A stretch of DNA of 63,481 bases, filler included, from Octopus bimaculoides (lineage: Eukaryota): assembly GCF_001194135.2 (NCBI RefSeq). It is 5 parts of 5 records of this genome, joined end to end, with 100 filler letters (N's around TTAATTAATTAA, not from the genome) between each part and the next. Parts side by side here need not be neighbours in the genome. Positions count along the whole stretch, not along the records: positions 12,113 to 44,001 come from NC_068985.1; 4 more parts are not named here. The stretch is one strand, 5' to 3'. Positions within the stretch are counted from its first letter, which is position 1. The number at the start of each line of letters is the position of its first letter. Both the position numbers and the translations under genes were made by a program. The notes under the pieces were generated by a model. It ran no database searches, was not told the DNA's origin, and saw only the letters and a program-made list of their open reading frames with translations. Below are positions 23,730-36,849 of this stretch, piece by piece.

Positions 23730-24279
23730 GAGCTTCTCAAATGGAAGTTATGTAGAAAATACGGTCTAGAAAGAGCAAGCCAGTGGTATGAGCACAAACA
23801 GAAGGTATTGCAGAAAATGACCATATCAATATTTTATGAGACTTTATGGTACAATGTGACCATGAAACTGAACATCATAAACCAGATATCGTGGTGATTA
23901 ACAAAGTCAACAGTGTTTGATTCTTGATATGGCTTGTCCAGCTGACAATAAGGTTTATGACAAGGAATTAGAGAAGATTGAAAGATATGAACTACTAGTA
24001 TTTGAGATAAAAACATTTCTGGGTGATGGAAAAAATTGAGGTGGTTCCAGTTGTTGTTGGGACACTTGGTATTGTGAGCACTGGAATTTAAAACTATTTT
24101 TTAAAATTCAGGGACAACATGAGAATGGGCCATTTACAGAAAAGAACTCTCCTTGAAATTGCTAGAATACTTAGAAAAGTGCTTAACAATTGAAGATGTC
24201 ACCTCAGTCCACTGGATGTGGTCAGCTGGCATCCGTGTTACACCACCAGCAACAATTGTTGTGTGACAAGCATAATAAT
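23730..24279 (+). mobile_element. R4/Dong-clade RLE LINE endonuclease domain and 3' end (frameshifted)
   Basis: WKLCRKYGLERASQWYEH, HKPDIVVINK, DMACPADNKVYDKELEKIERYE, VVPVVVGTLG and ARILRKVL*, followed by (ATA)n. Confidence 0.85.
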
Positions 24280-24446
24280 AATTGTTTCTGATTTTGGCAG
24301 AAGGCCAGCAATTTTGAGGCGGTAAATCAAGTTGATTACACTGCTACCAGTACTTAAATGGTGCTGAATTTTATCAACATTTCCCTTCCCTAGAGGGATG
24401 AAGAGCAAATTTGACTTTAGGAATGTAATAAACCAAAATTTGAAAC

Positions 24447-24489
<43 letters not shown>

Positions 24490-24509
<20 letters not shown>

Positions 24510-24819
24510 CCAGTAGTTTTATTTTTATAACGTGCTTTCACTTCAGTACCAAGCGCAGCTCTGTGCGCCTTGGGTATGTGCTGTGGTTTGCTGTGGTGCT
24601 CTTATGTTTACTATATTGAAAGTGTTTTGCGTAGAATGTGTGCAGTACCCAATAGTGCAATTTTCTGTATGTTATATATATTTGTAAGTCCTGGTGTTTT
24701 TGTTATGTATTTGTCTGAATATTTTTTTATTATACCTAAGGCACCTATTATGATAGGAATCGTTTCTGTTTTTAGATTCCACATTCGGGTTACCTCTATT
24801 TCCAGGTCCTTGTATTTTG
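24490..24819 (-). mobile_element. 5'-truncated R4/Dong LINE inserted within (TAA)n
   Basis: Minus translation KYKDLEIEVTRMWNLKTETIPIIIGALGIIKKYSDKYITKTPGLTNIYNIQKIALLGTAHILRKTLSI*. (ATT)n on both flanks. Confidence 0.85.
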
Positions 24820-25509
24820 ATTATTATTATTATTATTATGACTTTGCCTTTCATCCTTTTCAGAGTTGATAAAATAAGCTCCAGTTGAGTACTGGAGTCA
24901 ACGTAATCGATTATCCCCCTCCCCCAAATTTCAGGCCTTGTGCCTATACTAGAAAGGATTAGTATTATTATTGTTGTTGTTGTTGTTGGCTGAATGGGAA
25001 AGAGGACAATGTAATTGATTTAATCAATCCTCAGTATTTGAAATAGTACTTCATCTTATTGACCCTTGAAAGATAAAATACAAAAGCTGACTTCAGCCGG
25101 ATTTGAACACAGAACATTTAAAAAAAAAAAACGAACAAATTTTGTAAAACATCTTTTTCTTTTATGCTAAAATGATTCTGCCAACCTACCACCCTAATAA
25201 TAATAATAATAATTTTGCCACAAGGGCAACCATTCTGGGGGAGGGGATAAGTCGATTACATCCAGCTGAGTTTTGAACTGGTTCTTATTTTATCAACTCC
25301 GAAAGGATGAAAGGCAAAATCAACTTTGGTGGAATTTGAACTCATATCGGATCAATGGACGAAATACTGCTGAGCATTTCGTCCTTCTGCGAGATCACCA
25401 CCTTAATAATCACAATAACAATTGCCTTCTAATTTAAGTACAAGGCCAGTATTTTTGATGGGAGGGGTTAGCCATTAAAATCAACCCCAGTACTAGACTT
25501 GCACTTTAT

Positions 25510-25739
25510 TTAACTCCTTTTGATGCCATCTCCCCTGAGACCACTCCTGGTTCTATGATGCAAACTTTTTGTTTTAACCTGATCTAAATCAAAATATTCC
25601 ATCAAAATTTCATGTTAATTTCTGATTCAAACACCAGCTCAAGAATGACAAAAGTTATTGTATAAATTCTTCGTTAATTTCAAAATTAATTATAACAAAG
25701 GCAGTGTATTTCTGCAGAAATATAGTAACCGAGGGTTAA
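25510..25739. mobile_element. TTAA MITE inserted into a SINE B copy
   Basis: TTAA at both ends. SINE B sequence stops at 25510 and resumes at 25740. Confidence 0.65.
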
Positions 25740-25829
25740 CCAGCTCCAGAGAGATGAAAGGCAAAGTTATCCTAGGCATGATTTGAACTCAGAACATAAA
25801 GAGCTGGATAAAATATCCAATGTCACCAT

Positions 25830-26850
25830 CATCATCATTTCATTTAATGTTTGTTTTCCATGCTGGCATGGGTTCCACAGTTCAATGGTTTGATGGGAGC
25901 TGCACCAAGTTACATTGTGTGTGTATTGGCATGGTTTCTATAGTTGGATGTCCTTCCCAACACCAACCACTTTACAGAGTGTACTAAGTGCTTTCTATGT
26001 CTCACCAGCACAGTACTTTTTACATGGAACCATTGTCAGAGCTTTTTATGTGATACTATAGCCAGTGCGTTTTTTTACATAGCACCATCACCAGTGCATT
26101 TTACATTGCACAACAGGATCACCAAGTACCTTGTACAATAAAAACCACTCAACTGAAAGGGAGAGGAGTATTGAATGTGTAGGTGTCTTGCTGTAGAGCA
26201 GATACATGGATACCAAAAGGAAAATGCATTGGAAAGATAGTGAGAGAAATGCACTAACACTCTCTTGCACATGTTCACTAACACTCTGTTGCACATGTAC
26301 ACTAACACTCTGTTGCACATGTACACTGACATAGAACATGCAGGAAAGCATGCCAGCTTCATTTCTCCTAGTCCTCATATGTCCTCTGCATTCAAGGTGC
26401 ATGTCTCATTACCATGTAGCATTGCTGTTCATATACATGCATTATACAACCTTCCTTTCACTCAGAGACTTTTGGTTGCCAACAGAGATAAAAGCTTTCA
26501 CAACTTTCTCCATCCTATTCTTATCCTAGCAATTACACTTTCAGTACATCCTCCTCCATTGCTAATTACATCACATAGGTAGCTGAAGTTATTTACTACT
26601 TCTAGGGAGCCTTCGGAGTACACAAGAAAATCAGTTTCCCATGCATCTGTAGTCTTTATGGCTCCTGCACATCTTCCACATACAAATAGTACTTTCTCTG
26701 TTGACCTTTCTTCTATTCCACTGCACTTCTTATCTGTCCATAGCTTGCACTGGTCCCACTGAATGGAATTCCTGCCTATACCTTTTCTACGTATTGAGCA
26801 GGACCATTTACTTGCAGTGGGTAGGGTCCTGATTCAACCAGTTCACTGTT
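25830..26850 (-). mobile_element. RTE LINE remnant with PHD-like finger inside the RT C-terminal region, plus 3' UTR
   Basis: KWSCSIRRKGIGRNSIQWDQCKLWTDKKCSGI...FVCGRC...LEVVNNFSYLCDVISNGGGCTESVIARIRIGWRKL* with stops. 24-bp triplication at 26253-26330 and family D tail at 25830-26080. Confidence 0.85.
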
Positions 26851-28313
26851 CTTTAAAATTAAAGTGGTGATGATGATTTCCAGTACAGAGGTTTGGCTAT
26901 CATTTGAACAACCTAAAAGCTCTTTACATTTTGAGTTCAGATGCCATCAAGTTCAACTTTGTTTTGCATCCTTCCATGATCTCAAAATTGAGAGTAATAA
27001 CATTGAATTTTCACTGATGAAAATCGCAACAATCAAATTGATTTAATTAGCTATATCTGATACTCATTTTAATACCCTGGAAGAATGGAAGGTAAAGCCA
27101 ACCCTAATAGGAACTGAATACAGAATGTGAGACACTAAAACAGAAGACTGTCAAGCTTGTAACTCAACATGATACTGCTCTTGTACATAATAGTTAATAA
27201 TGGTTTCAAATTTGTGCACAAGGTCAGAAATTTAGCTTAGAACCCAGTGCTCAACAGGTACTTATTTTATCGACCCCCAAAAGGATGAAAAGCAAAGTTG
27301 ACCTCAGTGGAATTTGAACTCAAAATGTAAAGACAGGCGAAATGCTGCTAAACATATTGCATGGCACTCCAACGACTCTGCCAGTTCACTGCCCTCACCC
27401 ATATTAATAATAATGAGATGTTATATTGACAAGTCACTATGACACCAAAGACAGATGATAAAGTTGACTATGATGGTGGTGATGGTGGTGGTGGTGGTCA
27501 TGACGACAATGACAACAATGTCAGCTCAGATTGAAGATCAGGAAACAGGGTCAATGATGTTCCTGCTATGAACAGTCAATTTCTACTCCGATCGTTTGCT
27601 GGAATTTTTTTTTTTTTTTGTTTCCAATTTGCATTAGTCAGACAGTCTTTCCTTTTTTAAATCAGTAGGATGTTATCTAAGTAAGATTTGGTTGCTATTT
27701 CTAGCAGCTGAATTTTAGTTAGTAATGGGTGTGTTGTCGGTAGTACTAATGATGATTGTGGTGAGGGTCAAAGTGTATTCTTAGTTACTTTTTCACTGGA
27801 AATGTAGCTAACCTGTTTGAAGATGGTGGGTGGTGGTGGTGGTGGNNNNNNNNNNNNNNNNNNNNNNNNNNNNNNNNNNNNNNNNNNNNNNNNNNNNNNN
27901 NNNNNNNNNNNNNNNNNNNNNNNNNNNNNGTTGTTGCAGTGGCAGTTGTTGTTCAAGCTGACTTACGATCAGAAGTGTTCCAGTCATGACCATCCCACCA
28001 TTTTTTTTCTGTGCTAAGAGTCCTTGATGACATTATCTAATGTGTCTTTCTCTAAGATGGGGTTCGATTGCAATTCGAGGGAAATTTTGCTGCTCATTCT
28101 AACAAATCTACATATGGGTTCTTTAATTCATCTAAGTAGTAGCAGTGGTGGTGGTAGTCATCATCATCGTCATCATTGTCATCGTAGTTGTCGTCATCAT
28201 CGTAATGGTGGTAGTGATGGTGGTGGTGGTGGTGGTGATGATGATGACTGTTGTGGTGATGGAAAATGGGAATGATATAGTGGACTTACCTTATAAATGC
28301 ATGTGTGTGTGTA

Positions 28314-28416
<103 letters not shown>

Positions 28417-28730
28417 ATGTGTGTTAATTCATGTGTACATATATTATATGCATATGATTTCAGCTATGTGTGTGTGCATGTAGACATGTATGTGCATATG
28501 TACCCATGTGTGCTTGTGTATGTATGTATATATGCATGTATGTGTGTATGTATATATGTATGTATGTATGCATGCCATATGTATGTGCATGCATTTGGTT
28601 TGAGATTCTCACAGGTAATCACCCAGTACTAAACAAGAAAGAAAATAAATGAAACAACCAAAAGAGAAAACAAGAAAAATAGAGAGAGAGCGGGGAGAGG
28701 GACAGAGAGAGGGGAAGTGAGAGAGAGCTA

Positions 28731-28744
28731 GTTACCATAGCAAC
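28731..28744. promoter_or_regulatory. RFX X-box GTTACCATAGCAAC
   Basis: Matches the strict ciliary-gene X-box consensus GTTNCC-AT-RGNAAC. It lies in unique sequence next to a GA-rich tract. Confidence 0.6.
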
Positions 28745-29091
28745 ACGATTTCCCTTTTAAAAATTTTTCGAAATAAAATGTAAAAAGAATAAAAATTGAA
28801 TTTTTCAAAAAATGGAGAAAAGAAAGAACAAAACTGTCTTTAAGCTGTCTTAGAGAAATTCCAAACAAGAAGAGCCAAATGCTACACACACACACACACA
28901 CACACACGCACGTGCACACATGTCAACATCATCATCATTATCATCATCATCACATTGACATCCACTTTTTCCATGCTGGCATGTATTGGACAAAACTTAT
29001 TATTGAGGTACTATTTATTCTACAGCTAGATGCCCTTCCTTGTTGACAAATGTTACTTTGTCTTTAAAGGTATTTCTATTTTGTTTCTCTT

Positions 29092-29475
29092 GTGGAGGCG
29101 CAATGGCCCAGTTGTTAGGGCAGCGGACTCGCGGTCATAGGATCACGGTTTCAATTCCCAGATCAGGCGTTGTGAGTGTTTATTGAGCGAAAACACCGAA
29201 AGCTCTACGAGGCTCCAGCAGGGTATGGTGGCGAACCCTGCTGTACTCTTTCACCACAACTTTCTCTCACTCTTACTTCCTGTTTCTGTTGTGCCTGTAA
29301 TTCAAAGGGTCAGCCTTGTCACACTGTGTCAAGCTGAATATCCCCGAGAACTACGTTAAGGTTACACGTGTGTGTGTGGAGTGCTCAGCCACTTGCACGT
29401 TAATTTCACGAGCAGGCTGTTCCGTTGATCAGATCAACTGGAACCCTCGACGTCGTAAACAACGGAGTGCCAACA
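29092..29475 (+). mobile_element. Young tRNA-derived SINE family A, full length
   Basis: A-box TGGCCCAGTTG and B-box GGTTTCAATTCC, 3' GGAGTGCCAACA. 13-bp TSD TTTTGTTT(C/G)TCTT at 29079-29091 and 29476-29488. CpGs are retained. Confidence 0.9.
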
Positions 29476-29649
29476 TTTTGTTTGTCTTCATATGAAACCT
29501 TTGAAATTGCTAAGCTAAAGGATCTATTGTTTGTGGGGAAGACCTGTGAACAAACACACTGTCACTCAAGCAGTGTTAGTGTGCAGATACACATGAAACA
29601 AACACCCACACATTCCATAGACACACACGCACACACACACACACACACT

Positions 29650-29701
<52 letters not shown>

Positions 29702-30006
29702 GTGAAGGCACATGGCTTAGTGGTTAGGGTGTTGCACTCAAGGTTGCAAGATCATCAGTTTGATTCCCAAACTGGTCATTGTGTTGTGTTCTTGAGGAAA
29801 GCACTTCATTTTCACATTGTTCTGCAATCATTTTGACATCTGACATGTGGCACCCAGTTACACCTGTACAGGTAATGTCAATTTGATGGAAGGAGTGAGT
29901 TTATGTCTACACAAGTATTTGAACACTATAAACAAATCCTCTGTGTGGTCATTTCGGTAAGAAATTGTCGAACCCTCATACGTCATCTAATGACAGGAGA
30001 GTCCAT

Positions 30007-30038
<32 letters not shown>

Positions 30039-31059
30039 NNNNNNNNNNNNNNNNNNNNNNNNNNNNNNNNNNNNNNNNNNNNNNNNNNNNNNNNNNNNNN
30101 NNNNNNNNNNNNNNNNNNNNNNNNNNNNNNNNNNNNNNNNNNNNNNNNNNNNNNNNNNNNNNNNNNNNNNNNNNNNNNNNNNNNNNNNNNNNNNNNNNNN
30201 NNNNNNNNNNNNNNNNNNNNNNNNNNNNNNNNNNNNNNNNNNNNNNNNNNNNNNNNNNNNNNNNNNNNNNNNNNNNNNNNNNNNNNNNNNNNNNNNNNNN
30301 NNNNNNNNNNNNNNNNNNNNNNNNNNNNNNNNNNNNNNNNNNNNNNNNNNNNNNNNNNNNNNNNNNNNNNNNNNNNNNNNNNNNNNNNNNNNNNNNNNNN
30401 NNNNNNNNNNNNNNNNNNNNNNNNNNNNNNNNNNNNNNNNNNNNNNNNNNNNNNNNNNNNNNNNNNNNNNNNNNNNNNNNNNNNNNNNNNNNNNNNNNNN
30501 NNNNNNNNNNNNNNNNNNNNNNNNNNNNNNNNNNNNNNNNNNNNNNNNNNNNNNNNNNNNNNNNNNNNNNNNNNNNNNNNNNNNNNNNNNNNNNNNNNNN
30601 NNNNNNNNNNNNNNNNNNNNNNNNNNNNNNNNNNNNNNNNNNNNNNNNNNNNNNNNNNNNNNNNNNNNNNNNNNNNNNNNNNNNNNNNNNNNNNNNNNNN
30701 NNNNNNNNNNNNNNNNNNNNNNNNNNNNNNNNNNNNNNNNNNNNNNNNNNNNNNNNNNNNNNNNNNNNNNNNNNNNNNNNNNNNNNNNNNNNNNNNNNNN
30801 NNNNNNNNNNNNNNNNNNNNNNNNNNNNNNNNNNNNNNNNNNNNNNNNNNNNNNNNNNNNNNNNNNNNNNNNNNNNNNNNNNNNNNNNNNNNNNNNNNNN
30901 NNNNNNNNNNNNNNNNNNNNNNNNNNNNNNNNNNNNNNNNNNNNNNNNNNNNNNNNNNNNNNNNNNNNNNATATATGCATATCTGTACATTTGTATGTAT
31001 GTATGTATTCTGCATATTCGTGTGTTTGTGTGTTCATGTTTGTGGTGTTTGTATGTGTT

Positions 31060-31105
<46 letters not shown>

Positions 31106-31269
31106 CGCATGTGTATTTGTATGTGTACATGCGTCTCTTTGTATGGATGTGTGTCTCCATGTGTGTCCTTGTGTGTGTGTGTGTGTGTGTGAAGTGTGAA
31201 TGACTGTATATGGTCATGTGTTTCAGTCTTCATTTGTGTATGTATGTGTGTGTGTTTGTCTGTCCATAT

Positions 31270-31620
31270 TACCTATGTACATTTAGTCTCTCCGCAATGC
31301 TTCTTGATGTCTCACCTATATATATATCATGTTCTTGCCTTTACAAGCACCCTCTCTGTACCTTATGCTGTAAACTACATTTCTAGTTCTACAATTAATG
31401 TCAGGATTAATCTTACATAGCATGCAGTTCTCACTGGTGCATGTGGTATTCTCAAAGGGGTACATCCTACATAGTTATGATCTGATAGAGCTCCCTGGCT
31501 TTTCAACGATCTTAATGGTTTGGCCTCCGTCAAGGTGTCCCTAAATCTTCAGGGTTGTTCTCCATGGAATGTGGCCTCTACAAACATCACTCCTTGATAT
31601 TTGTCAGTCTTGTACCACAA
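31270..31620 (-). mobile_element. Penelope-like element (Naiad-type by resemblance) linker and GIY-YIG remnant
   Basis: Minus: WYKTDKYQGVMFVEAT...CTSENCMLCKINPDINCRTRNVVYSI...KGKNMIYIGETSRSIAERLNVH (frameshifted). Confidence 0.75.
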
Positions 31621-31798
31621 GGCACTAAAAGAGAATGACTCTCCCCAGACACAGTAAAACATGCTTCAACACACAAATTCACATAAACAATCTTTTAAAC
31701 TAAATACAAAAACGAAATATATATATATTATTAAAGCACTAATCATATATATATATATTATTATTAAAGCACATTGTATATATAGCCAAATTTAAAGC

Positions 31799-32530
31799 AT
31801 GGAGAAAGCCTTTGACAGGGTCCCTCCGATCCCTTATCTGGTGATATCTAGGAATAGATGAATGGTTAGTGAGAGCTGTACAAGCCATGTACAGGGATGC
31901 TGTCAGTAAGGTGAGGGTTGGCAATGAGTACAGTGAAGAATTCCAAGTAGGGGTAGGGGTCTACCAAGGTTCAGTCCTCAGCCCCCTCTTGCTAGAATAA
32001 GAATAGCCTGGGCAAAGTTCAGAGAGCTCCTACTTCTGCTGGTGACAAAGAGACCATAACAGTGGTTTATGCCAGTGTAGCATAACTGGCCCATTTAAAA
32101 GTACCCTTCAATCATTGGGCAATGAAATGTGCTTGAGAAGACCTGTTGAGTCAAGTGAAGTCATTACCATGGCCAATGCCAGTACAACCTGACTAGCGCC
32201 TGTGCTTGTGGTACGTAAAAAGCACCATTCGAACGTCGTCGTTGCCAGTGCCGCCTGACTGGCTCCCATGCCTGTGGCATGTAAAAAGCACCATCTGAGC
32301 GTGATTGATGCCAGTACCGTCTGACTGGTCCTCATGCCGGTGGCACATAAAAAGCACCCACTACACTCTCAGAGTGGTTGGCATTAGGAAGGGCATCCAG
32401 CAGTAGAAACTTTGCCACATCAGACTGGAGCCTGGTACAGCCTTCTGGCTTGTCAATCTTCAGTCAAATCGTCCAACCCATGCCAGCATGGAAAGCGGAC
32501 GTTAAACGACGACGATGATGATGATGATGG
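31799..32530 (+). mobile_element. Internally deleted RTE LINE (RT domain fragment, thumb fragment and 3' UTR)
   Basis: MEKAFDRVP...LGIDEWLVRAVQAMYRDAVSKVRVGNEYSEEFQVGVGVYQGSVLSPLL joined to ARIRIAWAKFRELLLLLVTK, then the family D tail. Confidence 0.85.
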
Positions 32531-34329
32531 TGAATATACATATATATTCTATGTGTATATATATATATTATTTAAAAAGAGTTCCAACTCTGTCTGTTTT
32601 TTATGTTTTATTTATATTCTTATAAAATTAATGTGGGATATAGAATATAGAATATATAATATAAATAGTAAAATGAAGTGAAGTATTGAATGTCTTATTG
32701 AATATATGAAATATTGAGTATTAAATATAGAATATAAAATATATAGGGACTAGTATACTTTCCTGCCTCATGGCNNNNNNNNNNNNNNNNNNNNNNNNNN
32801 NNNNNNNNNNNNNNNNNNNNNNNNNNNNNNNNNNNNNNNNNNNNNNNNNNNNNNNNNNNNNNNNNNNNNNNNNNNNNNNNNNNNNNNNNNNNNNNNNNNN
32901 NNNNNNNNNNNNNNNNNNNNNNNNNNNNNNNNNNNNNNNNNNNNNNNNNNNNNNNNNNNNNNNNNNNNNNNNNNNNNNNNNNNNNNNNNNNNNNNNNNNN
33001 NNNNNNNNNNNNNNNNNNNNNNNNNNNNNNNNNNNNNNNNNNNNNNNNNNNNNNNNNNNNNNNNNNNNNNNNNNNNNNNNNNNNNNNNNNNNNNNNNNNN
33101 NNNNNNNNNNNNNNNNNNNNNNNNNNNNNNNNNNNNNNNNNNNNNNNNNNNNNNNNNNNNNNNNNNNNNNNNNNNNNNNNNNNNNNNNNNNNNNNNNNNN
33201 NNNNNNNNNNNNNNNNNNNNNNNNNNNNNNNNNNNNNNNNNNNNNNNNNNNNNNNNNNNNNNNNNNNNNNNNNNNNNNNNNNNNNNNNNNNNNNNNNNNN
33301 NNNNNNNNNNNNNNNNNNNNNNNNNNNNNNNNNNNNNNNNNNNNNNNNNNNNNNNNNNNNNNNNNNNNNNNNNNNNNNNNNNNNNNNNNNNNNNNNNNNN
33401 NNNNNNNNNNNNNNNNNNNNNNNNNNNNNNNNNNNNNNNNNNNNNTATATATATATATATATATGCACGCACATACACACACACACACATATATATATAT
33501 ATATTGTGCTACATAAAAAGCACCCAATACACTCTATAAAGTAGTTGGCATTAGGATGGACATTCAGCTGTAGAAAGCCTGCCAAAACTGACAACTGGAC
33601 AGCTCTCCTACTGGCCAGTTCCTGTCAAACCATCTAACCCATGCCAGTATAGAAAGCAGACATTAAATGATGATGATGAAAATATACATACATAGACACA
33701 CACACAGATATATATATATATTCATATGCCTATACATATATACACACATACAAATACACACACACACACACACATGCATGCACACACATGCATATACATA
33801 TATATATAAACTCATGCACACATATGTGATCATATTTGTATTGTTATTTTTTTCTTGTCAAAGAGAGAAGAGCAGTTGTCATGGCCTTCTTTTTACAAGG
33901 CCTCCATCACTGGTGGAGTAAAACAAAAAAAACTTCCAAATATTCAAACTAAATGTTTGATCCTTTCTAAGCCATCAGATGGATAGCTGACTTCCAATGA
34001 CCCCTTTAGCAAGCACTATATCTTTGGCTTATAAATTTTGTGCAAGAATATGAAAGTGAAGTTTATTTGCCAACAAAATGTGGCGCTCCTATGAAGGATA
34101 ACGTTACTGTTGTTTAAACCCCAAGAAAAAATCTTTTCCAGCTGGCTATCCACACACGGTCTGTATCTGTATAGTGTTTAAAACAATATGAAAGTGGTTT
34201 TTCATTTCTTTCTTCTAGGTTGATAGTTTTGTCAGCTAAATATAATCAAGTTCATCACAATGCCTAAGTAATGACATCATACAAAACATACAAGTGGTGC
34301 AAGGCGTTTTGTCTGACCAGTGGCATAAG

Positions 34330-34900
34330 CAAAGGTTTCCAGTGCCTGGAGATAAAGACAGTTTTGTCCAAACAGTGCTATAATACGATTTTTCTGTACC
34401 CATGACCAAAATTATCTTTGCTCCCCAAAATTATTTGTCTAACCAGTGACATAGCAAGGGTTTGTAGGTCTTCTGGTGCAAGGATTTGTAGGTCTTCTGG
34501 TAGCAAGGATTTGTAGGTCTTCATTGGCAGGTCTTCTGGTGATGTTCCTCCACTTCTGAAGTAGCCATGTCACTAAAAACATTGCGTATGACCTTTTGCC
34601 ATATTGCAGTAAACTTTCCAAAGCATGCTCAATGTCTCTGTAGCAGACTTCCCAAATTTAATGCAAAATATCATGTTAGCTCTTTGTTCTAACTTCCTAT
34701 CCATGACAAAACTGCAAACTGCAGCATACACATGATCACAAAACACAAATATCACAACTTGTGAAGTAAACACAGTGATGTCACTCAGCACACCAAATCA
34801 TGAAGGTCACTGCTAGCTCTCACTGCACATGCAACTGTATGCTGCCATCTGTTGGTGTGCTACAGAACTAGTCTGGGGACATTTTGATACTTTCTCATAG
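34330..34900 (-). mobile_element. Mariner (Tc1/mariner) 5' remnant with terminal inverted repeat
   Basis: MDRKLEQRANMIFCIKFGKSATETLSMLWKVY (mariner HTH start). TIR-like TATGAGAAAGTATCAAAATGTCCCCAGACTAG at about 34869-34900. 24-25 bp tandem copies at 34454-34545. Confidence 0.8.
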
Positions 34901-35841
34901 TTACAAGCTTTCGTCATTTTTAAAATTTTTACATATGTGTGTATGGATGGGTGGCTAGATAAATGGATGGATGGTTAGCTAATTAGTCAGATATCTGTGT
35001 GTGTATATGTGTATTTGTTTGTGTATGTGTTTATATGTATGGACAGAAGGATGAATGGATAGATGTGGATATGTATCTGCATGTATGTATAACTGTGTCT
35101 GTATATATGTGTGTATTTATGGGTTTATATATGTATGTATCTATATGCATATGTATGTATGGATGTGTATGAATATGTATATATGTATGCATGTGTATTT
35201 GATTGTGTGTATTAAGTATGAATGTATGAAATTATTGTTTAGCTCCAGATCAGTCCTACTCTAGCAGATTTATTATCAACGACATTCCAGTTGTGGCCAT
35301 TCCATCTCCTTTTTCAGACACTGGGTATATTACGTCTTTTATTAGATTGTTGTTTTTGCTTTTTTAAGCTGATAAGGTGTGATTTAAGAGAAATTTTGTT
35401 GCTAATTCTAGCAAATCAAATAAGCATGTTGAAGAATCCTCAATTGCCCATTTGTGTGTTGGATTAAACATAATAGTTGTAGTGGTTATATGTTGTATTG
35501 CAAATCTGTCCAAGTCATGCCAGCATGGAATGGCATAAATCGGACATTATAATAATGATGATGATGACGATGATAGTGTTGGTGGTGTTGAGGATAATAA
35601 TGATGACAATGATGTTGATGAAAGACATGAATTTTGATTCAAGTTTGTTTGGTTGTTTATTTCTTCCATTATTTATTAGTTGTTTCTTTTTTCTTTCTTT
35701 TATTTGGCATCTCAAATTCATAAAACTGTCAAGATTTTCATAAACCAAAGTCTTAGGAGATAGAAGAATCAAACTGCCAAAAATCCAAAACAAAAAAAAG
35801 GGTAGTTTTAAACAGAAATTTTAATTTATTTTAATAATAAC

Positions 35842-35890
<49 letters not shown>

Positions 35891-36023
35891 TATAAATGCA
35901 AGTTTTTTTATTTAATTTTTTTAACAGATTATTATTTCAATTTCATTTAAATTTGGATTAGAGTTTGAATTTCAGTTTCAGTTTTATTTATTATTATTAT
36001 CAATAATTATTGTTGTTATTGTT

Positions 36024-36072
<49 letters not shown>

Positions 36073-36849
36073 GTAATAATAATGATAATAATAATAATCA
36101 TTAGCAACACCCATGGAAATTCCATGGGCCACTTTGTGGTACAGAGTCAGCCATAAACATCTTCCCAATCAGTTATAATATTCTGTCATTTCCTTCATAA
36201 TCCTTTGATTAATTTCTCAGAAATCTTGTCTTCTTCTCTTCAGTCATGTTTTCTCTTCTAACCTGTTTTCTCTTCTAACCTGTTTTCTCATTTGGCTTGT
36301 GCAAAATATTTTTGCTTATCATTGTCGTTCATATTTTGCCTTCTTTTTTTATTAAGAATTGTCATTCTTTCCCTGTTGGCTTCAGCTTCATCATATGACA
36401 CCTTCTCCTTGCTGCTTTCCCAATCTTTCTTTGCATTTTTTCTGTCTCCCTTGATTCAATTTTTGATGTCATGCTCTATGATCATTGTCTGCTGTAACCC
36501 ACCTAATTTCATTTCAGTAATAGAATAATTCAAGAAGCACTTCATATTAAATAGATGGCAACACCTGTACCTGGGATATACCGTTTCACATCTTTTACAA
36601 AGTTAGGAACACAGTTATTAGAATGATAGATAATTGGAAAAAAAACTCTGTATCTATGTGCACACATGCTCACACATTGCTAATTGTCATTTGTGTATGT
36701 GTGTTTGTGTGTGCCAATAGCATTTATATTAGTATGAATGTGTGTATGTGCCAGTAGTGTTCATTTGAATCTCTTTATTGCATACACACTTTTACCATGT
36801 TCTTTCCACAGTGTGACAGATATTTTACACTGCAGGAATGCACTGCTCT

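Noticed and set aside
29092-29165. tRNA gene calls at A/B-box-containing heads (868, 29092, 42580, 58229, 61980)
   Set aside because: They continue into shared SINE bodies with TSDs and do not form a full cloverleaf.
29903-33594. Very long ORFs of 240-430 aa (also at 18815-19644, 41093, 49010-50190, 51462 and 60429)
   Set aside because: They are runs of N translated as X, not coding sequence.
36180-36520. Charged, purine-rich minus-strand stretch resembling a Helitron N-terminal repeat region
   Set aside because: It contains multiple stops and has no Rep/helicase motif or diagnostic ends.
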